From Alphaproteobacteria bacterium (GTDB taxonomy: Bacteria; Pseudomonadota; Alphaproteobacteria; Rs-D84), in the NCBI GenBank assembly GCA_017642585.1, contig JAGCOR010000026.1, positions 7,776 through 71,775 on the forward strand: a stretch of 64,000 nt of DNA, read 5' to 3'. Every line of letters begins with the position of its first letter. The stretch's first letter is position 1. Positions 32,499 to 41,562 of this stretch are shown here, piece after piece. The translations under genes and the position numbers were made by a program. Under the pieces are notes generated by a model that worked only from the letters and a program-made list of their open reading frames with translations, was not told where the DNA came from and did no database searches.

Positions 32499-33347
32499 TT
32501 ATATTTTGAAATCTGTGTTTGCATGTATCAGTTTGTTGCCAAACGTCACAGGTCTGATTGTGCCAGGATTCATCATCAAAGCCCCTGCAACCGCATCCAA
32601 ACCGTCATCATGTTCTGTGGAACCAATCGGTGTCCAAGCCAACATTTCTGACAACAACATTGTTTGTTTAATTTTGTTGTGCATAAATAACCTGCCCGTG
32701 TTTAACACAGGTTCTATGGCATTTAAAATTCTGGTTTCTTTCTTGGTGTGATTTGCAATTTGAACTATGTTTATTTGCAGATTATGTTTATCGGCAACAC
32801 GTCGCATTATTTCAGGCAACGCATTACCCAGTCCGTTTATTTCTATCCCCACACGATATATTTTATGTTTTTGCATAAAATCTATAATTTTGTCGCATTG
32901 GGTAGACAAGGGATGTAAATCATCATCGTCTACAACCATATACATAATGTCATGAACAAAAACGGTTTTGTTTTTATCATCCCTGTACACTAATACACAT
33001 ACACTGCCATCTGCCCTGTTGTATCCAGATGACGGATCCCAATACATTGAAACCCCAGTTATACAATGTTGCCCGATTCGACATAATTTTGTATCGAAAT
33101 CATCATCATAAAACTGTAAAGCCCCTGGATCCAAATAAACACGTTCTTCGGGGACATATTCCAACATCATTTGGGCTGAAAAATGTCTGGGGCCGACAAT
33201 TCTTTCCAGTTCATGTATTTTTTCGATTGGAAACATTTCTGGCCATGCTGAATTTCCAGCACTGTCAACAATAGGTATCTTTAATTGTTTATAGCCACTT
33301 AAAAAATGTATTGAATTATTAAAATTTTCGTTTAATCTAAAAGACAT
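32499..33347 (-). CDS. large terminase subunit, C-terminal nuclease fragment (T7 gp19-like)
   Basis: SAWPEMFP, GPRHFSAQMMLEYVP, MYWDPSSGYNRADGSVCVLVY and HDDGLDAVAGAL match recalled T7 gp19 IWPALYP, GKAGFTLQFMLNPNL, VIDPSGRGKDETGYAV and HDDRLDALALGI; possible own start MSFRL at 33347 with a GGAG Shine-Dalgarno (track ORF extends to 33527). Confidence 0.75.
   Translation of the reverse strand: MSFRLNENFNNSIHFLSGYKQLKIPIVDSAGNSAWPEMFPIEKIHELERIVGPRHFSAQMMLEYVPEERVYLDPGALQFYDDDFDTKLCRIGQHCITGVSMYWDPSSGYNRADGSVCVLVYRDDKNKTVFVHDIMYMVVDDDDLHPLSTQCDKIIDFMQKHKIYRVGIEINGLGNALPEIMRRVADKHNLQINIVQIANHTKKETRILNAIEPVLNTGRLFMHNKIKQTMLLSEMLAWTPIGSTEHDDGLDAVAGALMMNPGTIRPVTFGNKLIHANTDFKI
33270..33282. repeat. 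left copy of a 12/13-bp direct repeat AATAG(G)TATCTTT flanking the cassette inside the terminase gene
   Basis: Near-identical copy at 36659-36670; both lie at the homologous break point of the terminase coding sequence. Confidence 0.4.
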
Positions 33348-34896
33348 GAACTTTACTCCAAAAACATTACCAATGAACCTGGAAGCAGAACAAGCAGTTC
33401 TGGCTGCCGTTTTTACCAGCAGTCGTGCACTGGAATTGATATCTGATTTCTTGTTGCCGGAACATTTTTCACACCCTGCGCACCAAGAAATATACAGATA
33501 TGCCATGCGTGTATTTGCAACTGGCAAGATTGTTGATGTAATTTCTGCAAAAAACTATTTAGAACAACAGGGCGCATTGGAAAGTGTTGGTGGACCTGAT
33601 TATTTGACTAAATTAGCATCTGCGGGTGCAACGGTTGTAAATGTTGAACATTATGCCCGTATAGTTTTTGATAATGCCCGCCGTCGTGATTTAATCAATA
33701 TTGGTCAATCTATTGTTGATAACGCATATCAAGAAGATTTGGATGTAACCGTTGATAACCAGGTTGAAACTGCTGAACAGAAATTGTTTAATTTGGCATC
33801 TACTGGTCAATCTGAACAAAATATGGTATCTTTGGCCCAGGCATTAAAAGGTGCTTTGAAAGAAGCAGAATATGCCTATAAAGCCGAAGGCAAATTGTCA
33901 GGTTTAACCACAGGTTTGGATGAACTGGATAAATCTATCAGTGGTTTGCACCATTCCGATTTAATTATTATAGCTGGTCGTCCAGGTATGGGTAAAACCA
34001 CATTGGCTATGAATATTGCGTTTAATGCGGCCAATGCTATATACAACAAACGCGCAAATGATAAATACCAAGGCGCTGTTATATTCTTCAGTTTGGAAAT
34101 GTCCAACGAACAATTGGCGGCACGTGTTTTGTCATCTCAATCAAAAATACCTGCATCCAGAATTCGTGACGGTCATTTAACCGACGAAGATTTTATGACG
34201 ATGTCACAATATTCAGACGCCCTGTCAAAATTACCATTGGTTATTGATGATTCTGCTGATGTGTCTGTACCTATGATAAAAACCCGTGCACGCAGAATTG
34301 CCCGTAAATTCGGCGGGGTTGCATTAATTGTTATCGACTATTTACAGTTGATGAAATTGCCAGGCGGCAAAAGCAACGAAAACCGTGTGCAAGAATTGTC
34401 TGAAATCACCCGCAGTTTGAAAATCTTAGCAAAAGATTTGGATGTTCCTGTGATTACCCTGTCACAGTTATCACGTAGTGTTGAACAACGTGATGATAAA
34501 CGCCCGGTATTGTCAGATTTGCGTGATTCTGGTTCTATTGAACAGGATGCGGATATCGTTATGTTCACTTTCCGTGAAGAATATTATCTGGACGGACACG
34601 CACCAAGCAATAAATTATCCAGTAACGCATCTGAAAATTCTATGCAACATTACCACAATCGTCTTGAACAATCCAGAAACAAGGCGGATGTTATCATTGC
34701 TAAAAACCGTCATGGTAAACCAGAAACTGTGCATTTAAGCTTCTTTGGCGAATATTTCTTGTTCGATAATTTGGCACAATTTAATATGCAACCTGCCCCC
34801 CAGGATATGAACGAACAACCTGTATTTGCGCCAACACCATCACCTGACGAACAAGCGGATTCATCTGTCGGTGATGCACCTGACGACATGCTTTAA
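33346..34896 (+). CDS. dnaB: replicative DNA helicase (DnaB family) with a C-terminal acidic/Pro-rich tail
   Basis: N-terminal LEAEQAVLAAVF..., Walker A GRPGMGKTTLA, Walker B IVIDYLQLM, SRSVEQRDDKRPVLSDLRDSGSIEQDAD; embedded in phage DNA on the strand opposite the structural genes. Confidence 0.85.
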   Translation: MNFTPKTLPMNLEAEQAVLAAVFTSSRALELISDFLLPEHFSHPAHQEIYRYAMRVFATGKIVDVISAKNYLEQQGALESVGGPDYLTKLASAGATVVNVEHYARIVFDNARRRDLINIGQSIVDNAYQEDLDVTVDNQVETAEQKLFNLASTGQSEQNMVSLAQALKGALKEAEYAYKAEGKLSGLTTGLDELDKSISGLHHSDLIIIAGRPGMGKTTLAMNIAFNAANAIYNKRANDKYQGAVIFFSLEMSNEQLAARVLSSQSKIPASRIRDGHLTDEDFMTMSQYSDALSKLPLVIDDSADVSVPMIKTRARRIARKFGGVALIVIDYLQLMKLPGGKSNENRVQELSEITRSLKILAKDLDVPVITLSQLSRSVEQRDDKRPVLSDLRDSGSIEQDADIVMFTFREEYYLDGHAPSNKLSSNASENSMQHYHNRLEQSRNKADVIIAKNRHGKPETVHLSFFGEYFLFDNLAQFNMQPAPQDMNEQPVFAPTPSPDEQADSSVGDAPDDML

Positions 34897-34964
34897 ATTT
34901 ATTTCTTGCCAAACTTATATTTTTTGACTATTATTTTGTCAACACATCTTCAAGGAGGTTTAAT

Positions 34965-35972
34965 ATGGCACAAGAAGAAATCATATTTCCTAATAACATA
35001 CGAAACATACGTGCTGCCAAGGGTATGAAAATGACCGAACTGGCCAGACGTGCCAATTTATCTTTGTCTGCTGTTTCCAAGATTGAAAAAGGCGTCAGAC
35101 GATTAAACCAAAAACAATTATTGAATGTGTGCAGCATATTGGGTTGCAAATTATCTGATATATTTATTCACGAATCAGATACTGTTGCAGATCAATGGCA
35201 AAACGAAATTAAACGCCGTTTGACTGACAATGAAAAAAGCGGTTTGAAAGTTTTCGGTTCTGGTTTGCGTAAAATCCGCCAACGTGCAGAAAAAACTATC
35301 GCAGAAACCGCGAAGGCTGCAAAAATGACATTGTCTGTTTATCATAAAATCGAAGTTGGTCAACGCGAAATTTATGAAAACGAAATTGAAGTTTTGGCAA
35401 AAACTTTTGGTTATACCACCGAACAATTATTTGATGAAATCGCAAATCTGTACAAGGCTGGCGAATTAACAAAACAAATCAACAAAGTTAAAGAACGCGT
35501 AAAATCTGTTTTGGAACCGGGTAATCCTGTATCTGGTTTGGACATCCAAGACGGTTTATATGGCGCACAATTATATGACAATGCCAGAAAAAAATTGGTT
35601 CCTGTGTTTGGAAAACCAAATGGCAAAGAAATTTCTTTGAAAAAATCAGACGAAAATATGATTGTCGCACCAAGTACATTGGAAGGTTTGGTCAGTGTTT
35701 ATGCTGTCGTTCCAAATGCAAAACGTTTGGGTGGTTTTATCCCAGAAACTTCTTATGTATTTGTTGATGCTGATTCAACACCAGAAGTTGGTGATTTGGC
35801 AATGTTCATTGATGCAGATTTTTCAAAAATGACATCTGATGATGTCGCATCTGCACAAATTGCCGTTGTGCGCCAGGATACACATGGTAAAAAATATGGT
35901 CATGTGTCCAATCCAGACGACAAAATCAATTATAAAACTATGCACAAAGTTATTATGATTGTAATGAAATAA
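34965..35972 (+). CDS. XRE-family regulator with two HTH domains and a degenerate CI/LexA-like C-terminal domain
   Basis: Two HTH_3-like segments (MKMTELARRANLSLSAVSKIEKG; KTIAETAKAAKMTLSVYHKIEVG); the C-terminal beta-rich domain lacks the S24 Ser nucleophile. Confidence 0.6.
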   Translation: MAQEEIIFPNNIRNIRAAKGMKMTELARRANLSLSAVSKIEKGVRRLNQKQLLNVCSILGCKLSDIFIHESDTVADQWQNEIKRRLTDNEKSGLKVFGSGLRKIRQRAEKTIAETAKAAKMTLSVYHKIEVGQREIYENEIEVLAKTFGYTTEQLFDEIANLYKAGELTKQINKVKERVKSVLEPGNPVSGLDIQDGLYGAQLYDNARKKLVPVFGKPNGKEISLKKSDENMIVAPSTLEGLVSVYAVVPNAKRLGGFIPETSYVFVDADSTPEVGDLAMFIDADFSKMTSDDVASAQIAVVRQDTHGKKYGHVSNPDDKINYKTMHKVIMIVMK

Positions 35973-35997
35973 CAATGTCAATTTGTAGGGGGGGCAT

Positions 35998-36663
35998 ATG
36001 CAACAACAAACCGCACATACGATTGCACAGCGTTTATTAAACCTTTATCGCCAAGCACATGTTATTAATGGTGGTTGGATGGCTGTTAACCAGGTTTTAT
36101 TGAACGAATCAAACGATCCCCGTGTCATAGAAGAACTTGAAAAATTGCCTACAGGAAAAAGGCTTGCTATGCATATCAGCAATTTAAAGTCTGGCAAAAC
36201 CCCTATGAACACCATTGATAAAGATTTATTGCCATACGGCGGTTTAATCATGGGTCAAGATACAATTATAACTTTAACGCCCGATGAATTAAAAGAGTTA
36301 CAAACCGCACTGGCATCTTTTGAACCAACCACCGAAGGATTAAACAAGATAAAAAAATTATCATGTGTTAAAAAATTCGGTAACGACTGGTTATACAGCA
36401 TCAAATCGGCATTAAACGACCACCCAGAAATAGCATCAAAATGGGCTGATGTTGTTCGTACAGAACGTGCTTATACTATGTGGAACAGTGCGCGCCAATT
36501 GATATCCGAAGATTTAACAGAACGTGACCGTGCCAGAATCCAGGTTGACATGCCAGATTTTGAAACATATTTACCTATGTTTGGCGAACCAGGCAAAGAA
36601 GTGTTGGCAAAACTGCGTACATTTATGTCTTCGGTTGCACCTGCTGTCAAATCTGATAAATAG
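35998..36663 (+). CDS. hypothetical protein (possible helicase-loader or accessory protein, speculative)
   Basis: 221 aa ORF, last gene of the cassette; its stop overlaps the terminase N-fragment stop. Confidence 0.35.
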   Translation: MQQQTAHTIAQRLLNLYRQAHVINGGWMAVNQVLLNESNDPRVIEELEKLPTGKRLAMHISNLKSGKTPMNTIDKDLLPYGGLIMGQDTIITLTPDELKELQTALASFEPTTEGLNKIKKLSCVKKFGNDWLYSIKSALNDHPEIASKWADVVRTERAYTMWNSARQLISEDLTERDRARIQVDMPDFETYLPMFGEPGKEVLAKLRTFMSSVAPAVKSDK

Positions 36664-37285
36664 TATCTTTGGTGTGTGGTGTCCCTATAAAAATCATTGT
36701 TCCGCGCGGGGATAAAATAAAATCTAATTCCCGTAATCTTTCACGAAGATTATTTCTTTTTTGCAAAGTGTTGCATGTATTTGGGACTTCTACGTCATCG
36801 CATATAATTAAATCAGATCTCATACCTGTTATATTTCCAGAAATTCCCTGACATATAACCGAAGGTTCCCTGATTCCTATAGGGCGTTTAATAGTAATTT
36901 TATGTGTTCCCCACTCTTTTTTGACATCAGGCAAAATATCACTGCACCACGGATGGTTTTCCAAAATATTTTTTACATGTGAAACCATACGCGATGACAA
37001 TCCAGATTCTGCTGACAATATCAATATTCTGGTTTCTGGTCGATAATATAATACACACGCTGCGAAAATCCCAACAACAGTTGATTTTCCAGAATGCCTG
37101 AACGCTGTCAATAATCCACGTCGCGGTTCATTATTAAAAACATCCACTAAAAATTCCAGTATCTGTTTATGGTGTTTCGGCGTTTCAAAACCCAAAATTT
37201 TATTCCAAGCATTTAAGAAATCAAAGGCTTCCGTAATCGTCAGATTGTTCATTGTCTGCTGTTTCTGTAACAGAACCATAATCAT
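36647..37285 (-). CDS. large terminase subunit, N-terminal ATPase fragment (T7 gp19-like)
   Basis: LTAFRHSGKSTVVGIFAACVLYYRPETRILILSAE, GISGNITGMRSDLIICDDVEVP and MIFIGTPHTKDTIY match recalled T7 gp19 [47 protein letters not shown] and VIYLGTPQTEMTLY; ends 3 codons after the conserved GTPxT motif. Confidence 0.8.
   Translation of the reverse strand: MIMVLLQKQQTMNNLTITEAFDFLNAWNKILGFETPKHHKQILEFLVDVFNNEPRRGLLTAFRHSGKSTVVGIFAACVLYYRPETRILILSAESGLSSRMVSHVKNILENHPWCSDILPDVKKEWGTHKITIKRPIGIREPSVICQGISGNITGMRSDLIICDDVEVPNTCNTLQKRNNLRERLRELDFILSPRGTMIFIGTPHTKDTIYQI
36659..36670. repeat. right copy of the direct repeat AATAGTATCTTT
   Basis: See 33270..33282. Confidence 0.4.
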
Positions 37286-37769
37286 TTATTAAATTTGGTA
37301 ATGCCTGGTCCAGAACATTAAGCAAATTATTATACAGCCCCAATACAGAACCTCCTGATAATTTGTCTTCTATTAACCCCAGCAAATAATTTATTTGATA
37401 CAATACATTGTTGTGTGTGTTTGCCCATTGACTTAAATCTATATTTATACTTTGAATATCATGCAACGCAGCGATTAAAAAATTAAAATCAGAATTCAAA
37501 TCTTCTGGGTCTATCTTTGCAGTCGGTTGATAATCGATTACTCTGGATAATGATATTTGCCGGAAAATATCTATTTGCGTTCCGTTTGCTGGTGCAGTTG
37601 CAAATACCACCAAACCACCATTAAAATCATTATCAGGGTTCACATCATATTGCGAATCATCTAAAACAACATTGTCTATCGCGACTTTAATATCTGCATT
37701 TTGAAAAAAAGGGAAATTAAAAACAAATTCCGTATCATTGCCATTTCCCGTATATGATATTTTATACAT
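37221..37769 (-). CDS. tail fiber N-terminal (tail-attachment) domain protein, T7 gp17-N-like stub
   Basis: MYKISYTGNGNDTEFVFNFPFF resembles T7 gp17 N-terminus VLTYQLDGSNRDFNIPFEY (recalled); only 182 aa, no receptor-binding region. Confidence 0.55.
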   Translation of the reverse strand: MYKISYTGNGNDTEFVFNFPFFQNADIKVAIDNVVLDDSQYDVNPDNDFNGGLVVFATAPANGTQIDIFRQISLSRVIDYQPTAKIDPEDLNSDFNFLIAALHDIQSINIDLSQWANTHNNVLYQINYLLGLIEDKLSGGSVLGLYNNLLNVLDQALPNLINDYGSVTETADNEQSDDYGSL

Positions 37770-37778
37770 GAATGCCCC

Positions 37779-38126
37779 CTATCCTGCTATTTTATCTATC
37801 TGCGACAGCCACTTTTTCAATAAATTAGGTTTTGTTGTTTTTATCTTTTTTAAATTTTCTATGCTTGTTTTATTTTTTTCATCATATGGTTGTGCAGTTT
37901 CATCACGCAATCTTTTTAATACCGCGTTTTCAGACAAACCATCACCAGCATTGCCAGACGCTCCGTATTTTGCGCGTTGTCCCGCCAATACTTTTTTTAT
38001 TAAATTATTTTTCGCTGTTTCATTTTCAGCCATTTGTTCCAATATTTTTTGACGTTGGTTGCCTGCTTTCTTCTTAGATTCTTGATAATCCAGAATTTGC
38101 GTTACGTCAGATACCAATTGTCCCAT
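37779..38126 (-). CDS. hypothetical lysine-rich protein (phage module)
   Basis: 115 aa ORF between tail tubular B and the fiber stub. Confidence 0.35.
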   Translation of the reverse strand: MGQLVSDVTQILDYQESKKKAGNQRQKILEQMAENETAKNNLIKKVLAGQRAKYGASGNAGDGLSENAVLKRLRDETAQPYDEKNKTSIENLKKIKTTKPNLLKKWLSQIDKIAG

Positions 38127-38144
38127 AAAAAACTCCTTTTGTTT

Positions 38145-39857
38145 TTATATTGAATACCAACCCTCTGTAGTCACAGACAATATTGTCGCGCTTAATTGTT
38201 CACTGCTGGACAAAGTCCACAAAGGTTGAATTGTATCGGCCTGTATACCCAGCAAATTTAATGACAAATCCCCGCTGTAACCAAGGTTATCGTTTGAATA
38301 AACAACATTTGGTATTTCAATTCTGTAATCATTTGCAAATAATGTTTTTGTGTTTATCACACGCACAGATATTTTTCTGGTTCGTATTTTCTTTGGACAA
38401 TGTCCATTTACAACCATAGGCACAGCCGATATTTTATATGAAAAACCATATTGGGTTGCGTCTTTCAAACAAGATGCATCAAATTTTTCAAGATAATGAT
38501 TGCCTTTTCTTTTTACAATAACATAAGTTGAATCATCTAATACACAAACATATTTGAATTCGCCGTCTGTTTTATATGTTCCCCACGCAGAAATATCTGT
38601 ATTTGGATATTTATGTAATACGGCCATATATCCGCTTTGCATAACAACAAACAATTGATGTGTGTTTTGGTTATAAGAAACACTGACCGGATTTTGCATA
38701 AGATGTTTTGCATACAAACATAAATCTGTAGCGTTGTAATTTTCACCCAATGCATCTAAATCTAATTCACGAATATCTTTGCCTGATTCAGAAATGAAAA
38801 CTGTGCTACCTTCTATTTGCTGTGGAGGCAAATATCTTGTCGCAATACTGCCGACAGATGTATGTTGTTTAATATTGACATTTGATGGTGTTAACGGGGA
38901 ATTTGAAATCGACCATTCGCCCACAGATGTCAAAATCTGCAACGAATCACTGCTGACAATTGTACAAATTTGATGGTGTTGTGCAGATAATAAAGCTGCA
39001 TAAATTGCTTCATCATCTAAACCTGTGCCAGAATCAAAATTATGAAAATCAGAAACTTTGGACATCCATATACAATTCGGCAAAGCATGTGTTCCGCCAA
39101 AAACTAATCTGTTTTGATGGAAAGATACACATGATGGCCATCCGCGTCTGTTGTTAAACACAGATTCATACCAATCGTATATTGGACCTTGGGCTAATGT
39201 AAAATTACCATTTGTATAAACAGTAACAGCCGTAGCACTTTGAACGCTGGCAACAACCCATTGTCTGTTGTCCACATATAATCTTTCACCCACAGCATTT
39301 TCAGGCCAAAAATCTGCATTTGTTGTAAATGTAGCGTAATTGGTATCTATGTCGCTGCTGGACATTGTTATAGTGATATTTTTCGAATCTTCAAAACGCG
39401 TAAACGGTATATTTACACTGGCATCTGAATTGGAAGAAAAATTAAAATCAGTAAAACCAAAACCACTGGCTGTTTTTGTAAATATCACAGGTTTATAATC
39501 TGGATGAACAAAAAATATAGAATTAAATCTTTGTGCATATTGTAATTTTGCCAAATCAGCACGTTTCCACGGCGCAATCATTGTCGTTATTTTGGTATCA
39601 TTACAATATATATCCATAGAAATATTGTATATAACCAACAAATATTTTTCTGATTCTGTAATTGGAAACGGCACAATTATTGCATCTTGGTATGTATTAC
39701 CTATGCTTTTTAACCCACTGCGTCTGGTTAAACCGCCTGATTTTAATACATCTGTATTTTCCAACACAGATAACCCGTTTGCATTATTCAATGCGTAAAA
39801 TTCAGAAGACACTTCCCCACAAGCAAATGAATTTTGTGTTTTAATAAAATTACCCAT
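38145..39857 (-). CDS. tail tubular protein B (T7 gp12-like), shortened
   Basis: FHQNRLVFGG...SKVSDFHNF resembles the gp12 FFFRNRLGFLSG...AKYFNFY segment (recalled); sits downstream of a gp11-like gene; 570 aa. Confidence 0.55.
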   Translation of the reverse strand: MGNFIKTQNSFACGEVSSEFYALNNANGLSVLENTDVLKSGGLTRRSGLKSIGNTYQDAIIVPFPITESEKYLLVIYNISMDIYCNDTKITTMIAPWKRADLAKLQYAQRFNSIFFVHPDYKPVIFTKTASGFGFTDFNFSSNSDASVNIPFTRFEDSKNITITMSSSDIDTNYATFTTNADFWPENAVGERLYVDNRQWVVASVQSATAVTVYTNGNFTLAQGPIYDWYESVFNNRRGWPSCVSFHQNRLVFGGTHALPNCIWMSKVSDFHNFDSGTGLDDEAIYAALLSAQHHQICTIVSSDSLQILTSVGEWSISNSPLTPSNVNIKQHTSVGSIATRYLPPQQIEGSTVFISESGKDIRELDLDALGENYNATDLCLYAKHLMQNPVSVSYNQNTHQLFVVMQSGYMAVLHKYPNTDISAWGTYKTDGEFKYVCVLDDSTYVIVKRKGNHYLEKFDASCLKDATQYGFSYKISAVPMVVNGHCPKKIRTRKISVRVINTKTLFANDYRIEIPNVVYSNDNLGYSGDLSLNLLGIQADTIQPLWTLSSSEQLSATILSVTTEGWYSI

Positions 39858-39875
39858 GAAATCACCCCTGAATTA

Positions 39876-40394
39876 TTAAAATCTTGAATTTATCAAAGAA
39901 AAATTATCTATGTTTGATTGATTTAAAATCGTGCTGTCTATGAATTTTGCAGATTGATATTCTGATTCATACAAAATATTCATCATTTTAAAGATATTCA
40001 TATCTCCAATCAAAGGAACACAAAATTCCACAGCCAATTTAGATGCAACCAATGATGCAAAATAGCCCGGAAAATTTTCTGGTTCTGTTTTTACAATCGC
40101 AATAATTTCTATTTTTTCGGCTGCGGCAATTATCTTGTTTCCAACGATTTGACCAGGATGTTTAATTATGCGTAATACATTGGTGGGTATAATAAAATCA
40201 CCATTTGAATCTTTGGTTAATTCTATGTTTTGTAATGCAAAATGCCATGGAAATGTCGACAACAAAGTATCAACAACCGAATCAAATAAACTTCTGGCCA
40301 ATTGAGCAGGTGCAGAATCTTCACGCAAAGATTGAATTGGCTTTTCGCCTAACTTTAACAAAGCCATTGAACATAAATCTATTTTTGTAAACAT
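39876..40394 (-). CDS. tail tubular protein A (T7 gp11-like)
   Basis: IDLCSMALLKLGEKPIQSLRED..AQLARSLFDSVVDTLLSTFPWHF versus recalled T7 gp11 [41 protein letters not shown]; 172 aa. Confidence 0.6.
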   Translation of the reverse strand: MFTKIDLCSMALLKLGEKPIQSLREDSAPAQLARSLFDSVVDTLLSTFPWHFALQNIELTKDSNGDFIIPTNVLRIIKHPGQIVGNKIIAAAEKIEIIAIVKTEPENFPGYFASLVASKLAVEFCVPLIGDMNIFKMMNILYESEYQSAKFIDSTILNQSNIDNFSLINSRF

Positions 40395-40407
40395 ATTTTA
40401 TTCCTAT

Positions 40408-40440
40408 GTAAAAAGGGGCCGTATAAAACGGCCCGGTTAT
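40408..40440 (-). terminator. strong rho-independent terminator downstream of the capsid gene region (T-phi-like position)
   Basis: CCGGGCCGT TTTAT ACGGCCCC TTTTT on the minus strand. Confidence 0.5.
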
Positions 40441-40467
40441 AAAATAATTAACAATTTGATTTGTTTT

Positions 40468-40698
40468 TTAAGACAAAGCAGCAACTGTTATAGCATCAGC
40501 TGTAACACTTAATACTTTGATTGATGTTCCATTTGAACCATTAATTAAAATGATATCGCCTGTATTCATCAAAGATTTTACACTGGCAAAATATCCAGAT
40601 GCAGTTATTGTCGCCAATGTCGCATTTTCTTTATAATGCCACAATGTAAAACCATTTGCGTATGCAATCACAGACAAATTTTTATTTTGAAATGCCAT
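40468..40698 (-). CDS. hypothetical small protein downstream of capsid
   Basis: 76 aa ORF with no motif, tightly packed. Confidence 0.3.
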   Translation of the reverse strand: MAFQNKNLSVIAYANGFTLWHYKENATLATITASGYFASVKSLMNTGDIILINGSNGTSIKVLSVTADAITVAALS

Positions 40699-40734
40699 TT
40701 GATTTTCCTTTTGTTTTATTTAAGTTATGAATGT

Positions 40735-41562
40735 TTAGGCTGCATCATCATCACATTTAATACGAACGATACCTTCTGCATCAATCAACACAGCGCCTTG
40801 GGACATACTGTTGCTGATGAAATGCGCAGCACGTTCGCCATGCCATGTAATATCAGTTTTAACTTCTTGACCACAGGCATGACCAATGCTGGATGCATGA
40901 TAAATGAAACAATCACGATCATCTGTGTTTGCCAAAGGCAAAGAATTGCACAGAATCCAATTGATACCCAACCATCTTCTTGATTCACAACCATCAACCA
41001 AAGGTGTTGAACCACCGACATAATCAGCAGATACAAATTCATTCATACCCATCAATTCATTCCATTGATGAACACCAACGACTGCATATCTGCGACCGTC
41101 ATCTGGAACGTCATTTTCGTTTAATTTTTCAACAGCACTCATAATCAATGCTTTTGTTAAACCTGTTGAATAATCGCCAACATATTGGGTTGCATTGTTC
41201 ATCGCAGCGATGATTAATTCATCTGTTTTACGACCCAATGCATATGCACCGGCTGATGCAACAACACGACGTTCATCAACATTGGTTTTCAATTCATCCA
41301 AAGCATCAATCCAATCGCCTGCGTAATAATCTTGCAAAGTGCATTCCACAGGTGTGTGATTCAAATTCATCACTGGAACAATACCATGACGTGATTTAGT
41401 ACTGGCAATTCCTTTGCCAACTTTTTGGAAAGTTGTTGAAGTTCCAACAACGCCAGATTTACTGCGAATTGTGGAACGCAATTTTGTGCCCATTTGCTGA
41501 TAAGCCAAATGAACATCTGCTTCAAATTGTTTTATAAACACTTGATCTACAGATAAAGACAT
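40735..41562 (-). CDS. major capsid protein (T7 gp10-like)
   Basis: VFIKQFEADVHLAYQQMGTKLRSTIRSKSGVVGTSTTF versus recalled T7 gp10 LFLKVFGGEVLTAFARTSVTTSRHMVRSISSGKSAQF; start MSLSV at 41562 with an AAGGA Shine-Dalgarno (track ORF extends to 41655). Confidence 0.65.
   Translation of the reverse strand: MSLSVDQVFIKQFEADVHLAYQQMGTKLRSTIRSKSGVVGTSTTFQKVGKGIASTKSRHGIVPVMNLNHTPVECTLQDYYAGDWIDALDELKTNVDERRVVASAGAYALGRKTDELIIAAMNNATQYVGDYSTGLTKALIMSAVEKLNENDVPDDGRRYAVVGVHQWNELMGMNEFVSADYVGGSTPLVDGCESRRWLGINWILCNSLPLANTDDRDCFIYHASSIGHACGQEVKTDITWHGERAAHFISNSMSQGAVLIDAEGIVRIKCDDDAA

Noticed and set aside
33348-33527. Upstream 60 codons of the 342-aa minus-strand ORF (MPVANTRMAYLY...) as part of the terminase nuclease fragment
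   Set aside because: This segment has no homology to terminase and lies antisense over the conserved DnaB N-terminus. The homologous region starts at SGYKQL, and an in-frame ATG with a GGAG Shine-Dalgarno exists at 33347. I therefore treat the extension as a fortuitous open frame.
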